A DNA stretch of 62,692 bases, filler included, from Hausera hauseri (Eukaryota): the NCBI GenBank assembly GCA_046269625.1. It is 11 parts of 11 records of this genome, joined end to end, with 100 filler letters (N's around TTAATTAATTAA, not from the genome) between each part and the next. Parts side by side here need not be neighbours in the genome. Positions count along the whole stretch, not along the records: positions 20,272 to 24,383 come from JBJURY010752986.1; positions 24,484 to 29,476 come from JBJURY010367705.1; positions 29,577 to 34,737 come from JBJURY010318494.1; 8 more parts are not named here. One strand, 5' to 3'. Every line of letters starts with the position of its first letter. Position 1 is the first letter of the stretch. The notes below the pieces were generated by a model, which was not told the DNA's origin, ran no database searches, and was given only the letters and a program-made list of their open reading frames with translations. The translations under genes were made by a program, and so were the position numbers. Below are positions 20,272 to 33,485 of the stretch, piece after piece.

Positions 20272-23200
20272 TTCCAGATTTTTGTTTCAGTCGTTTTATT
20301 CGACTGTATTTACATGTTGGCTTCCATTTTTATATTTAAAAGTTCCATACGCAAGGATGGAAACCCTAAAATGGTGACAGCGAATACCGCACCTACGTCC
20401 CTTTTGGACAGAACCATAAATATTCATCCGGTTTCCACATTAAACACAGCCATTGATAGCAATCCGGCTCAAACTCACACGAACACCGTCGAAATTAATC
20501 CGGTTACACATGCATACATATGCAAATATAATCACGCAACAGCCACCGACATCGTAAAATCAGATTATGCTAACCGTGCCAAAAGAGCACACATAACAAG
20601 AGAAAATTCGCTATTATACCATTTACCGAATCGTCCGTCGACTGAACTGGCCAAAAAAATTCATTATTGTGAAACAACACTGGCCGATAGTACGTCAAAC
20701 GAAGTACAACTCATTGTACAATATTGGCGTCAGATGAAGTCTCATCGCTTTCCATCTACACTGGACATGTCGGTAATGCTGAAAGTTTTAAAACAACAAT
20801 ATTCCGAGCATGAAAAATTATTGCGCAAGAATAATTACATAAACAGTGCAATTTTCACATCTATCAACACTGTACTGGCGACTCCCAAACGAAAAGGAGG
20901 CGTTGACATTTATACTCCTGACACAAACGCAGAAATTGCTTCAGCATTACAGGCAAAACCACCCAAATTAGCGTGTCCCACCTTTTTCATAGGTTAGGAT
21001 GGAACTCCATTGAAGTGGTTCCATGTGTTTGAAACATGGGCTACTCAATGCAGCATTACCGGCCAACTACACAAGGCTTTAACCTTGATAAAATACCTGA
21101 GGCGAACAACACTTGCAGAAATAACGGATTTGAACACGTTACTCTTATATGAAAAGCCGTTTGACAAAATTAAAGCAGCCATATGCAAAGCATATTTACC
21201 ATCGCAATAAGACCAGTTCAACTTGGTTTTTACCAAGCGACAGATAGGGAATATAAATCCTTCTGCTGTGCTTCAAAAGTTACGCTTGGACTTGAGCAAT
21301 GCTGAATTGGACATCCAGGACAACCAGCACATACTACGGCGCTACTTCATGAGTAGTTTTCCAAACCAAATTTAAGCGGCACTTGCGCTATTACCGCCCG
21401 ACACCACATTGGACGATATGGCATCAAAATCCGATAAAATATATGAGTGAACTAAAGGCACCCTAGAATCCGCACTAACGAAAAACATCAACTCCGTCAC
21501 AGCGACCCAGCAAAGTCAACTGGACACGATTATTGCTGCATTGCAGGCACTTGTAACGCACAAGAATCTGACAGCCAGGGACAATCCGTTACCTCGGCGC
21601 CAATTCCCCAAGAGGAAGAAAATGACATATTTTGCAAAATTTGCCATGTTCACACACGATTTGGCGAATCCGCCTACAAATATTATTATTATGGTCAATT
21701 CGACAAGTCATTCACAAATATAAAAATGCAAGACCCTTGCATTTATCACAATTATTTTGGTCCAGAGGCAAAAAATTTTCGACCCGGCTGCAAATTTTAC
21801 AAGCCATCAAAAAACTAAATGGGCCCAGACGACTAACGGCACGTCAACTGGAAACCCAATTACCACAACTGCCTTATACAAATAGCGAACGCATTGTCGC
21901 TGCTATTTTCGCTGTCGATGCGAAGCCACTACACTCTGACATCTGCAAACAACTCGATTTTCTAATTGACACTGGTGCAACTTTATAGCTGTTACCTAGC
22001 GCATACACTATATCTACACTGGTCTCGCATGCATCGCTCAAAGCTGCCAACGGCACGAGAATAGCAATCACAAGTACACTGTACCTACAATTCTATCTAC
22101 AAGGCCGACCATACGCTTGGTCATTCATATTGGCTGATGTCATGCAACCAATCCTTGGTTCTGACTTCCTAGACCACTACAATCTCACAGCTGATTGCCA
22201 AAATCAACAACTTACCAGCGGGAGCAATCCATTACCTCCACCCACATTCACATTAACCATAAACGCGGTAACTGGCATAAAAATTACAAACGCCCTTGAC
22301 ATCTCACCATTTCTCCAAGCGCAATATCCTAACTTGTTGAAACGCTCCACACAACAAACACAGAAAGAGGTGAATAAATCACACTTTCTTGTCACATCAT
22401 GTGATAGACAGGTTCGGTAACTCCGGAAGGATTTTGAACCTGTCAAGAGGGCAGCCGCGGAAGCCGAATTCCGACACCTCGAAGATACAGGCATCATACG
22501 CCACTCTACATCGCCATGGGCATCACCATTTCATATGATTCTCAAAAAGAATGTTTCATACCGGCCTTGTGGTAACTATAGAATGTTAAATAACGTCACC
22601 ATCCACGATTCATACCCAACACCGTTGGTATCTGACATATTGCATGGCCTACATGGTGCCACAGTATTCAGCACAATCGATTTGGAAAGGGCATACCACA
22701 AGATCCCAGTTGCTAACAAAAACATTCCAAAAACGGCCGTAATAACGCCTTTTGCTTTGTTCGAGTATCTGCGCATGCCATTCGGCTTACGGAGTGCATG
22801 TCAAACATTCCAAAGCCATATAGACCAAGTCCTCATCGACATGCATTATGCCATCCCATATATAGATGATATATTGATAGCATCACCTGATTAAACGACT
22901 CACAAAACACATCTCGAACATGTGCTTCATATGTTGAATGATAACAACCTACAGGTGGACATAAACAAATGTTCATTCTTTAAAACTGAAGCAGTATTTC
23001 TCGAACTTCGGTTAACACCACATGGCCACAGTTCTCTTCCTGAGCGACTAGAAACCATCAAACAAATACCCAAACCATCCACAGTAACTGGACTTCTCAG
23101 CTTCCTTGAAACGATCAATTTCTACCACCGCTACATTCCACACTGCTCGAAAATCCTGTCACGTCTATCTGCTCTAAGCCAAGGACCCAAGAAATCCCAC

Positions 23201-24383
23201 TTAAACTGGACGGACGAAAGTAAATAGAAATTTGCCAATGCAAAAATGGCGCTTCTTCACACACCTACACTGCACTATCCTAAACGTGATGCACCATTTA
23301 TGTTAACAACAGATGCATCCACAATCGTTGCAGGTGAAATGCTTGCCCAATCAATCGATGGCAAAAATGCCCCAATTGAATTCTTTTCCCACAAATTCAG
23401 TTCGGCTGAACAACGCTATTCAACTTTCGACTCAGAATTACTAGCCGTAATTCTCAGTGTGAAACACTTCAGGTATTTCCTTGAAGGAAATGTGTTCACA
23501 ATCCACACTGATCACAAACCGCTCATTCACACGATGAGTATGAAAAGCCCATCGCTCCATCAAGAGCGACACACCTCATTTCTGTTGAAATTCTCATTCC
23601 AGATAGAACACATAACTGGAAAAGATAACGCAGTTGCTGATTTCTTTTCCATAACTGGGATATCGACAATATCCTTTGACCCAATTTTCACGGAAGAGGT
23701 TCTCCGATTGAACCCTTCACATGAAGACGATGTAACGTTCTTCAAAACAGTCGACACAAGTATGTAATACATTACAGTACCATCTTCAATGGTTGTCCAC
23801 GCGCAATTCTGGCAGAAAACCTACGGAAACAGGCGTTTGACACCATTCACAATATCCATCACCCTGGATCAAAAGCCACAACTAGCTTATTGAGCAGTAG
23901 AGTTTGTTGGCCTCGCATGCTAAGCGACATAAAGCGGTGGACAAAAGAATGTTCACTTTGCCAACAATACAAAGTCAACAAGACTATACAACCACCAATC
24001 CTACACTATCCTACTGGATCACGGTTTGAAACCATCCACATGGACATAGTAGGACCACTTCCTGAATGCAACGGATATCAATATATCCTAACCATTCTCG
24101 ATCGGAAAACACGATGGCCCGAAGCCATTCCTATCCGCCAAATAACAACGCAAAGTGTTGCGGCTGTATTATTAAATACATGGATTTCTCGTTTTGGAGT
24201 GCCTAAACACATCATAACCGATCAAGGTACCCAATTCGAGTCAGCCATGTTCAAACAATTAACCAAATCGCTTGGTTCCAAACACATTCACACATCGCCC
24301 TATCACCCGCAGGCGAATGGTTTGATTGAACGATTTCATCGTACACTCAAATCATCCCTACGCATCCTATGCCATGAGAACAA
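20272..24383 (+). mobile_element. Ty3/Gypsy retrotransposon internal region (CsRn1 clade, different family), degenerate
   Basis: Gag (CPTFF...KWFHVFE...IT; CHVHTRFGESAYK; CIYHNYFGPEAKNFRPGC); AAAAAAC-TAA at 21809-21818; PR FLIDTGA; RT YIDD; RNase H TDAS and TDHKPL; IN HMDIVGPLP, TDQGTQFES, YHPQANGLIERFHR. Confidence 0.95.
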
Positions 24384-24483
24384 NNNNNNNNNNNNNNNNN
24401 NNNNNNNNNNNNNNNNNNNNNNNNNNNTTAATTAATTAANNNNNNNNNNNNNNNNNNNNNNNNNNNNNNNNNNNNNNNNNNNN
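24384..24483. other. Artificial contig linker
   Basis: N44-TTAATTAATTAA-N44. Confidence 0.99.
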
Positions 24484-24735
24484 CATCATCGATATTTAAT
24501 CTGCAGTATATGTAACTTTTGCCCCCAATTTATTTACGCATATTTCCACCATCCAAGAAGGGCTCTACTTACCATCACCAATACGCCAATTCCACAAATA
24601 CTTCCAACAAGATACTTCCGACTTGAACAACAAGCATCAGTTAGAGTAGAATTCCCAATCCATAGATTTGACCCCTCTATAATAACTAGATTACCACCGA
24701 TCATTCTTCAAACACCTTTACCTCACATTAACGTT

Positions 24736-25363
24736 ATGACTCTCCTACGACAACCATCTTCAATACCACACCCACGTTATCATCCAGAACAAATTACTAG
24801 ACCATTACCTGAATTGCCAGTACCTGTACCTACAATAATACCCTCACCAATCATTTCTTATAGCCCACCATTACCAATATCTCTACAAGAAGATTGGTTT
24901 CCCGTCTTCAGCAAATGCCCAATTGATCTTATATCTGATCTAGCCCCTCCTGATTTATGGGCAACATTACAATCTCACTACTACAACCAGTTTTCCACAT
25001 ACGAATGTACTATATGTCTTACCGAAAGAATAACGGTTGTTCAATTCCAATGTAATCACAAATTATGTGCAACCTGTTTCAATAAACTTCGATCCCAATC
25101 TCAAATCAATCAATCCAGAAGACGCTCTACAGATGACTTCAAAATGCATCTCCTGCCCGTATTGCCGACAACCATCAGTATACTACCACTTCTCCTACAC
25201 CTACGATAACCGAACCCAAAGATTATGCCATTGGACGAACCCAGTGAACGATGCGACTCTGACGATCAAACCCAGAAATCTCAGTTTCGTCAATACCAGT
25301 ACCCAGAGTGATCCGGAGGACCGAATCCTTTTCAAAGGGGGGAGAAATGTTGAGATTGATTAA
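24736..25363 (+). pseudogene. Pro-rich region plus C3HC4 RING finger ORF (one frameshift) running into a polypurine tract
   Basis: CTIC-x11-CNHKLCATC in ORF 24736-25209 and CPYCR in overlapping ORF 25037-25363 supply all eight RING-HC ligands. Confidence 0.75.
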
Positions 25364-25623
25364 TGTGTTGAAGAAGTTTGAAGAAGTTTTATCTACAACT
25401 TCAGAATAACATTACCCTGATTAACGTTTACACTTCTGAAGTAAAAACATTAACATTGAACAAATCCGAGACAATTGAACTAATTCGAAACAATTTTGAT
25501 TCTGATTTGTACATTGAACAATTGTAATTCGAATATAGTTGTGATTTTTACACCGAAATAAATCTCTTTGCTTTTACTTTCTCTTGATTTTGTGAAACCC
25601 TTTGATGGGTATCCACTTCTTCA
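25348..25623 (+). mobile_element. 3' LTR of an LTR retrotransposon
   Basis: PPT AAAGGGGGGAGAAA at 25334-25347 followed directly by TGTTG; AATAAA near 25557; ends ACTTCTTCA, complementary to TGAAGAAGT near the start (TG...CA). Confidence 0.72.
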
Positions 25624-28600
25624 CTGCCGCATGTACATGAGTTGTGAGCAACGGCAATGTGGGGCGATTGAATATTTACTGATTTCAAGAATTAAAAGAA
25701 ATTCTCAATTTCTAATTAAGTAAAAATTCTCCACGAAATTTTTAATTAAGTAACGATTCCCGAGTTGTAGCAATCACTCATAGCGTATATGTTTTAGCAA
25801 ATAATAAAGGCGTCCGGAGATTAAAGTAGATAGAAGCATCCGGAGATTAATGTAATGATAATGAATTAGAACGGATATGTGGTCTAGTGAAGCATCATAG
25901 AAATAGGAAATTAATGTCTGACGAATGTTTGACGAATTCTAAAAAAAAAATTGATTTCAGAAAACGAGACAAGAACAGGAAATCAATTTCCTAAACATCT
26001 GATGTAGCGAGCTAAATAAACACGCATATCTTGAAAAAATAAAAATTGATTTCAAAAAATCCAATTGGGAATCCAAAAGAAGACAGGAAACCAACAGGAA
26101 ATTAAATTTTAAAATCATATTTCAGAACTAAGAATAACCTATAAAAGGACAAACAATCTGACAAAACCAACCAAAAAAAATTTTTTCTTACTTACTTATT
26201 CTATTGTTGCCTGTGCACTACGATTTGGAAGAATTTCCCTGTAATCATAGCAGGTTGAGTATAGATTTAACTACACACTTTAATGAACATTTTATTAGTT
26301 AACCAGGATATCGAATATTCAAAGCTATCAAAGAAAAAGAAAGGCATTATCTAAAGACGAATATTCCAAATTACAGAACTGTTACTCTTTGTCCCAAACT
26401 TAATCCTTTGATAAAAATCGACATGGCTGAAAGACGAGCGGAAGAGATGAATAACCAGCAAAATACAATTGGTAAATATTTGATTGTCCCATATTTGTTA
26501 TCTAAAGTAATTGTGAATTTTGTACATGAAAAATATATTTTTGTAAATAAAATTTATGATATAATAAATAATGATTAATGGACTCAATGGGGTAAAGAGC
26601 TGGATACATCAAAAGTGAATTCGATGATACCAGGTGGAGAATTAGCAAATGCGTGATAATCTGATAATGGGGATAAAACTCATTGCTATCGATCGCGATA
26701 CGGAATTCACAACATGACACCGGATTCTAGCCTATACAAGATGTGGAGAATATTGTGGGGAAGGGGGCCAAAATCCAAAGTCAAAAGGAGTCGTGATCTG
26801 AGTAGCATATGCAAATGAAATGAACCGGAAAGAATTGCAGATGTTGAATTGAGTAAGAGTAATAAACTATGAAGTTGAATTATGTCGTGTATAACCGTGA
26901 ACTAATACATATTTTTAAAATGATCATACCACTAATTTATTGTTATAAATAGTTGTTTTATAATGTTTAAATTTATTTGGGATAGTTGTTATTATTTAGG
27001 ATTACTAACATTCTGTATAAACGAGATTCCGCAGGATTCGGATAATATCAGTGAAGTTTGGAAACCCGTTCACTGAGACATAGTGATTTGAAATGTGTAC
27101 CCTCCCGATATATGAAGGGATATCAAAATAGGTATTAGATTAGGGTTTCATGATATAAAAGGCACAAAACTATTGTATATCTATGGATGGTGAGAATCTA
27201 TGAACGAGTATTTTGTTGGTCGATATCATATACAAAAATACTATTAATAACGAAAACATTAATCTAATACGGATATACTAATCATTAAAGTACTATTGCT
27301 AATGATTTCGTTAGTGGTGTCGGATATGTTGTGGGCGGTTATCATAGTTGGAAATTGTTATTTTTGGTGTTATGACCTAATTACTAAGGAATTGTGACAT
27401 ATACATAGGGTGCAAGATTTCATTCGTCGCTATGTTGTAAGTTATATGTAAGGATATTGTTATTGTTTATTGACTACCCTTCCATTGTGTGTTGTTACTA
27501 TTAAGCAGTCATTGGTGAGGTAGAACTTTAATGAATAAAGAGGAATATGGAAGAAGCTATAAATTTAAACAAAATTTAAGAAACTCATCATATGTGAGAT
27601 TGGGAGTTTATAAAAGGTACATGAATATAATCCAAACATTTTAGGGTATGTAATAGCGATAAACATATTGTCTAACGGTAATTTGTATAATGTATATTTA
27701 ATAAAATGAACAGCATAGCAATATCACGAAATGGGAAACAGAAAGTTAGATAGAATTAAAAAGATCTGGGACGAAAGAATAAGCCAAAGAATATTTTCAA
27801 AGGTTTATTACATTTGTCATCAACGTTGGAGACTAATCCTCTTGGATAGAAAATAATTTAAAAGAGAATAACATATTGAATTTAGTATAATATGAGTAGA
27901 AGGTAATGGGAAAATGAAAGGTACTTTAACCTTCAACTCGATAAATATTCAGGCTTGCTCATATTTGCATTGAATACGATTAAAAGAAATAACCTCGAGT
28001 TGAATTATCATTGACCGTTGGTATAAGAGTATACTATGTATATTAAAGAAAATGATCTAAGTCTACGACCTTTATGGGAATTGGACGATTATGTGTACAC
28101 ATGCACACATGCAAGTATACACATAAATCCTAAATATGAAGAGATAAGGGTGTAATCAAAGCATAAACCAATGACATGACAAGTGTAAAATCAAAGAAAG
28201 AAGAGTACAATTACTGAGAAATTATACTAATCCCAGGATATTATAAAAGCTATGTATTGGAAACCTTAAACTTGTAATATACAAAGAATGCTCATGCATG
28301 AAGGAGCATGCTATGCGAAGACCATAGTCTTATGGTAAGGACTATTTCGATACCATAGTGAAAGGAAACCACAATAGAATAATAGAGATCCTAATCTACA
28401 TGATTAACTGAAATTATCAACTATTGACCCCAGGATTGATAGCTAGTGCGTAAATTTAAAGACATATTTTCACAATTATATTAAGAATAACTAGATCGAT
28501 GATATTGAAAGTAGAAAGGAAAACATTAATGATGAATACCTAAGTAAATCTCCGTATTAACAAGAATAACTTAAGTAGAAGGAAACAGATTACACTGAGA

Positions 28601-28872
28601 AATTCAGGACTAAAGGAAGGCGCTGGATCTTTAATAGGTCAAACCGCCCAAGAACTCACGATTCTAAAGGAAGATATAAGTAAATAACCTACAGGATTAG
28701 TCAAAACAAAATAACCATTTATATGTTGGTATATATTAACTTATATTGGAATACTCAACACACAGTTCCAATCAAAATATGAACACGATATGAGGAATCA
28801 GTATAGTCGAATTGACTATAGAGCAAAAAATCGGGTCAAAATTCGAATATAAATTTTTCATCAAATTTTTTC

Positions 28873-29276
28873 AAGGGGGGACCATATGGCAAAAATCAAG
28901 TTGTTTGCAATGCAACCTGTTCTCCTTCAGACTCTTATTTTGGCTTGAAGTCACACACTTTGGTGTCCTTTCAGACTTCGAATGCAAACTGGACAAACAC
29001 TTGCAGCCACTCTGTTACTCTGAGCCAAGCAGCCTGCAGATCTCAAGCAAAGGGAAGGTTTTTTGGCACACAGGATCACCGAAAGACAACCGAGAGGACC
29101 TGCCACCAGGAGCTCAGCGGTAGGGACACACTTACACTAAATCTTTCACATCTCTTATACAAATATTAACAGTAGATATCATTGACATTAAGTCTCTCCC
29201 AGCGATGCATAGATATCTTATATTCTTTTTGGCAGATGCGGGACAGTAACCAAGGAAAAGTAAAAATATTGTAACA
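28873..29276 (+). mobile_element. Possible PPT plus 3' LTR of a second, heavily decayed LTR element
   Basis: AAGGGGGGA at 28873-28881, a shift in base composition after it, and a TGTAACA end at 29270-29276; no partner LTR visible. Confidence 0.4.
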
Positions 29277-29476
29277 GAAAATGACTTTGGTAAAAAGCAA
29301 TTTTAGTAGCTGTTTACATGTACAAAATCCTTTTGATCGGATTGAAATGCATTCCGATTAAATAATCCGAAAGCATCGTTTCTATGGGCCCAACCTAATC
29401 ATGACGAGTGTTTACATGCACCAAGCTTATATTCAGAGTAGAAGTACTGACGTGCACAGAGTTGCTAACCTTCCCT

Positions 29477-29576
29477 NNNNNNNNNNNNNNNNNNNNNNNN
29501 NNNNNNNNNNNNNNNNNNNNTTAATTAATTAANNNNNNNNNNNNNNNNNNNNNNNNNNNNNNNNNNNNNNNNNNNN
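29477..29576. other. Artificial contig linker
   Basis: N44-TTAATTAATTAA-N44. Confidence 0.99.
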
Positions 29577-30181
29577 ACTGTTTAAATAAACATTTGATAC
29601 AGTGTCAAATTCTGTTATCTGGTAATCAAATGTTGACATTCTAGTTAAAATTTGTTAGTCAAAGATATCTTTTTGAGCTTCTCGAAAGAGCTACGTCACT
29701 GCGACTGAAAATTTCTGATGTTGAAACATAAATCGTTGTATGGTCCTGTTAAATTTCTGATGAGTGTTGACGACGATTTTACCATTGGAATTCTGTGAAA
29801 TTACATGAGTGAAGCACTGGTTAGTTTGAGTGAACAGTGTCAGAAATTGAAATATGTAAATAGGATCTCAAATGCACTCGATGTTCATTTGAATAGTATG
29901 TTGGGCTAAAATACAACTGTCGTGTACCGGCTTCTCGTGATACGGCTATATATCTTTTGTTAGTATATGACTAAAAAGTGGACTTTCAAAACAGGAAGAT
30001 AAGGAAATAATATTTTAAAAACTGAATTTTTGAGACTCCTGTATAGAAAATTATGGAGCATTCTGAGAGTGTCTGAAGATGCTTATAAAACATTGATTTA
30101 AATGACAATAAATATTAGCGGTAAATTAAAAGAATTGCTTTACCCAGTAGTAATGAGCGTTGAATGTCGAACATAATTATA

Positions 30182-31496
30182 CAGTCGTGGAAAAAAATCA
30201 TGCATAATTTTGAAAATGATCATTTCATACAGTTTATTATAGAAATGTCACGAAAATATATAACTATGCAACATGATTCAGAGAACTGAAAGTTAGGATA
30301 TACAAACAGGTAATGTTAACTATGATTGAAACTTTATTAGTACTTAGTCGCCTGTCCATGAGTCTTCAAGACCATTTTAGTGGGTAGGGCATTGATGCCA
30401 CTAACCATTCACAAAGTTGTTTCGAGGTATAAAACACCACACACAGATTGTATTGCATGTTTAAGTTCAAGTAAACTTTATGGGTGTCTACTCTGAACTT
30501 TCATTTTCACTATTTTTCACAGATTTTCCATTGGGTTGAGGTCTGGAATGTTTCCCGGCCAGTTCGGAACCTCAATACGTTGATCATGGAACCATTTCTT
30601 TACTAACTTAGCCTGATGACCTGGAGCCTTATCATGTTGGAAAACCTTACATCTTTGAATATTTAAGTACAGAGACATTATTTTTGATTAATTCTAGACA
30701 ACTAGCTGCATGAACTGTTGTACCTGCCCCAAAAAGATGCAGTGGTCCACGCGATTGTTTAGAAAATGATCCGCAGACTATTAATGATGTAAAGTGTTTA
30801 CAGACCTGATTATGAAATTACGATGAAGTCGACTATTTTGGGGCCTCCTGACATAATTCTGATATCGCCCAAAGTGCACAAATGTGCTCTCATATGAAAA
30901 CATTACTTCGTTCCACTGTTCACTTGTCGAACTAAGATACTTCCGACAAAATGATATCCTATCCTTAATATTTTTGGTAGACAAAAATGTTTTTTTGAAG
31001 GTTTATGAGCAAGCTGCCGAAGATCTTTAGCCAAACGGTGCCTAATACCTTGTTAACTAAGCCTAACATCAGGATACTCAGCTTTTAGTTCGTATAATGT
31101 TATAAAAGGATTTTTTATGACTGCACTTTTTAGCCTTTTTTTTCTTGTCTTTAACTTGACTTATGCGGCCTTCCTGATATGGAACAATCTCTTACACGCC
31201 CTTTTACCAAATTCTTTCTTAGAATCCTGAACACGGATGACTGCTGAATCCTTAATCTGTTCGCAATATCTTCATTTAGAACTACTATTTTTTGCTCTGT
31301 CTTCAAAAGAAATTCGCTTCCTAGAAGTCATGTTAACAAAAATTCAAATATGCCGCACATTTCTAATATTTGTTTATGCAGAAAAACAACTTTAAATTAT
31401 TATAATTATGACTCATGCCGCAGTAAGTTAATTATAGCATTCGATTCGTTAATTTTTAGTATTTTTGAAAATTATGCATGACTTTTGCCAAGATTG
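30182..31496 (-). mobile_element. Tc1-family (DD34E) DNA transposon, full length (~1.3 kb), transposase inactivated
   Basis: TIRs CAGTCGTGGAAAAAAATCATGCATAATTTT and its imperfect complement ending at 31496, flanked by TA on both sides. Minus-strand WNEVMFSYESTF and FQHDKAPGH...WPGNIPDLNPMENL with 34 residues between D and E. Confidence 0.93.
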
Positions 31497-32722
31497 TATA
31501 TGAAAGCAAATCTACATATAGGGTAATGAGCAAAAAATCGGGTAGATGTATCGGATATTTACATTAACTGATCCGATTTTTTGCCAATCAACCTGTAGTT
31601 TTGCAAACAAGTTCATAGAGTAAATTTTATTTGTTTACAGTTATCAGAAAATTACCTATTTTACTGATATAATAAATGCGCCTATGTAATATAATGATGA
31701 ATGTATGTATGTGAATTTAAATATTACAAAATACGATATAATATAGTGTAAATCATACGTACTTTAAATAAATAAATAATAATAATAATACAAAATCAAA
31801 TCATCCGTCACATTCCCCACATTAATTCAGGGAAATATGTCACAAAGTAACCAACTACCCGGCCACACGAAGTTGTCTCTGTTAAACATTTTTCTGGCAT
31901 TACAAGGAATTACAACATTAATTCATCCACCACATTCCCCATATTTATCACCGCAAGATGATATCCTATTTCCAAAAATCAAATTCACTTTAAAAGGAAA
32001 ATATTTTTAAGGAATATAAGAAATTAAGCGAAATGGTATCCAAACAATGTTCAATATACTTCAAAGGACTCAAAAAATGCTTTTCGCTACCTACATAACA
32101 GAAGGTAAAATACATTACCAGTAATGGTGTAGTAGTAGGTAGAAGTGAGCTTTCCACTTCACTTTTCTGGTTAGTTCGCCGACCAGTTTTCCTCACCTGA
32201 TTGGCTATTCCAAACATTTCACTAAAATTTTCTCACGACTCCCCCCCCACAGAATGAGGTCAAATAAAGATGTTCGGACCGAGTGTTATCGATAGCGCGT
32301 GACGAGGTGAGCAAAAGATATTAGAGGTGCGGCTTTGACAAATGTAAGGCAGAGGCGCTAGAAGATGAAGAAGCAAGACAGGAAATGTTCCACTTGTAAC
32401 TCGAAACATGTTGTTAGCACCGAGAAAATGTGTACAAGGGGTAAATCGATATTAGCGATTACAATTGACACTGTTGCAATACAGTCAGACTATTGGAACA
32501 TGGGAAAAAATGGATGGGAAAATTTGAAACGGGTAAAATTTCCCCATGTACAAGTCTGCACGTGATGGAAATTGGTCTAATATATTGCCCATAAGCTGGG
32601 GAAAATTTTATATTAATTCCGCCTCACGACCAGACCAATGGATCGGGGTGAAAAAGTACAACGGAATGAACGAACGAACGAACTAAAAAACGCAAACCTA
32701 AAGTCAAAATCATCACAATCAT

Positions 32723-33485
32723 TGTCGTTCGTTCTCTCTTTCTTTCGTTCGCTCGTTCGTTGGTTCCTTCGTTCGTTCGTTCGTTCATTCCTGCGTTTGT
32801 TTGTTCGTTGGATAGTTTGTCCGTTTGTTCATTCGTTTGTTCGTTCGTTAGATCGTTCGTTCGTTCGTTTGTTCGTTCATTCGTTCGTTCGTTCTTTCTT
32901 TCGTTCGTTCTTTCGTTCCTCCGTTCGTTCTATCGACCATTCATAAGTTCGCTCGTTTCATTAGTTCGTTCGTTCTTTCGTTTGTTCGTTTGTTCGTTCT
33001 TTCGTTCTTTCGTTCGTTCGTTCGTTCGTTCGATCGTTCGTTCTTTCGTTCGTTCGGTCATTCGGTCGTTCGTTCGGTCGTTTGTTCGTTCGTTATTTCG
33101 TTCGGTCTTTCGTTCGTTCGTTCATGCTTTTGTTAGTTCGTTCGTTCGTTTATTCGATCGTTCGTTTATTCATTTGTTCGTTCTTTCTTTCGCTCGTTCC
33201 TTCCTTACTTTGTTAGTTCTTTATATCATTTATTCGTTCGTTCGTTCGATCGTTCCTTCGCTAGTTCGTTCGTTCGTTCGTTTGTTTGTTCTTACATTCG
33301 TTCGTTCCTTCTTTCTTTCGTTCGTTCTTTCGATCCTTCGTGCATTCTTTCGATAATTTAATCGTTCGATCGTTCTTTCGCTTGTTCGTTCGCTCGTTCG
33401 TTTGTTCGTTCGCTTGTTCGTTCGTTTGTTCTTTCGTTCTATCTTTCGGTCGTTTTTCCCTTTGTTCGTTCTGTCGCTCATCCGT
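32723..33485. repeat. Degenerate (TTCG)n microsatellite
   Basis: Direct reading; the SFVR-rich ORFs here are by-products of the repeat. Confidence 0.95.

Noticed and set aside
29308-29425. Start of a Harbinger-like MITE (GCTGTTTACATG...)
   Set aside because: Only one end is visible before the contig break, so no TIR pair or target duplication can be verified.
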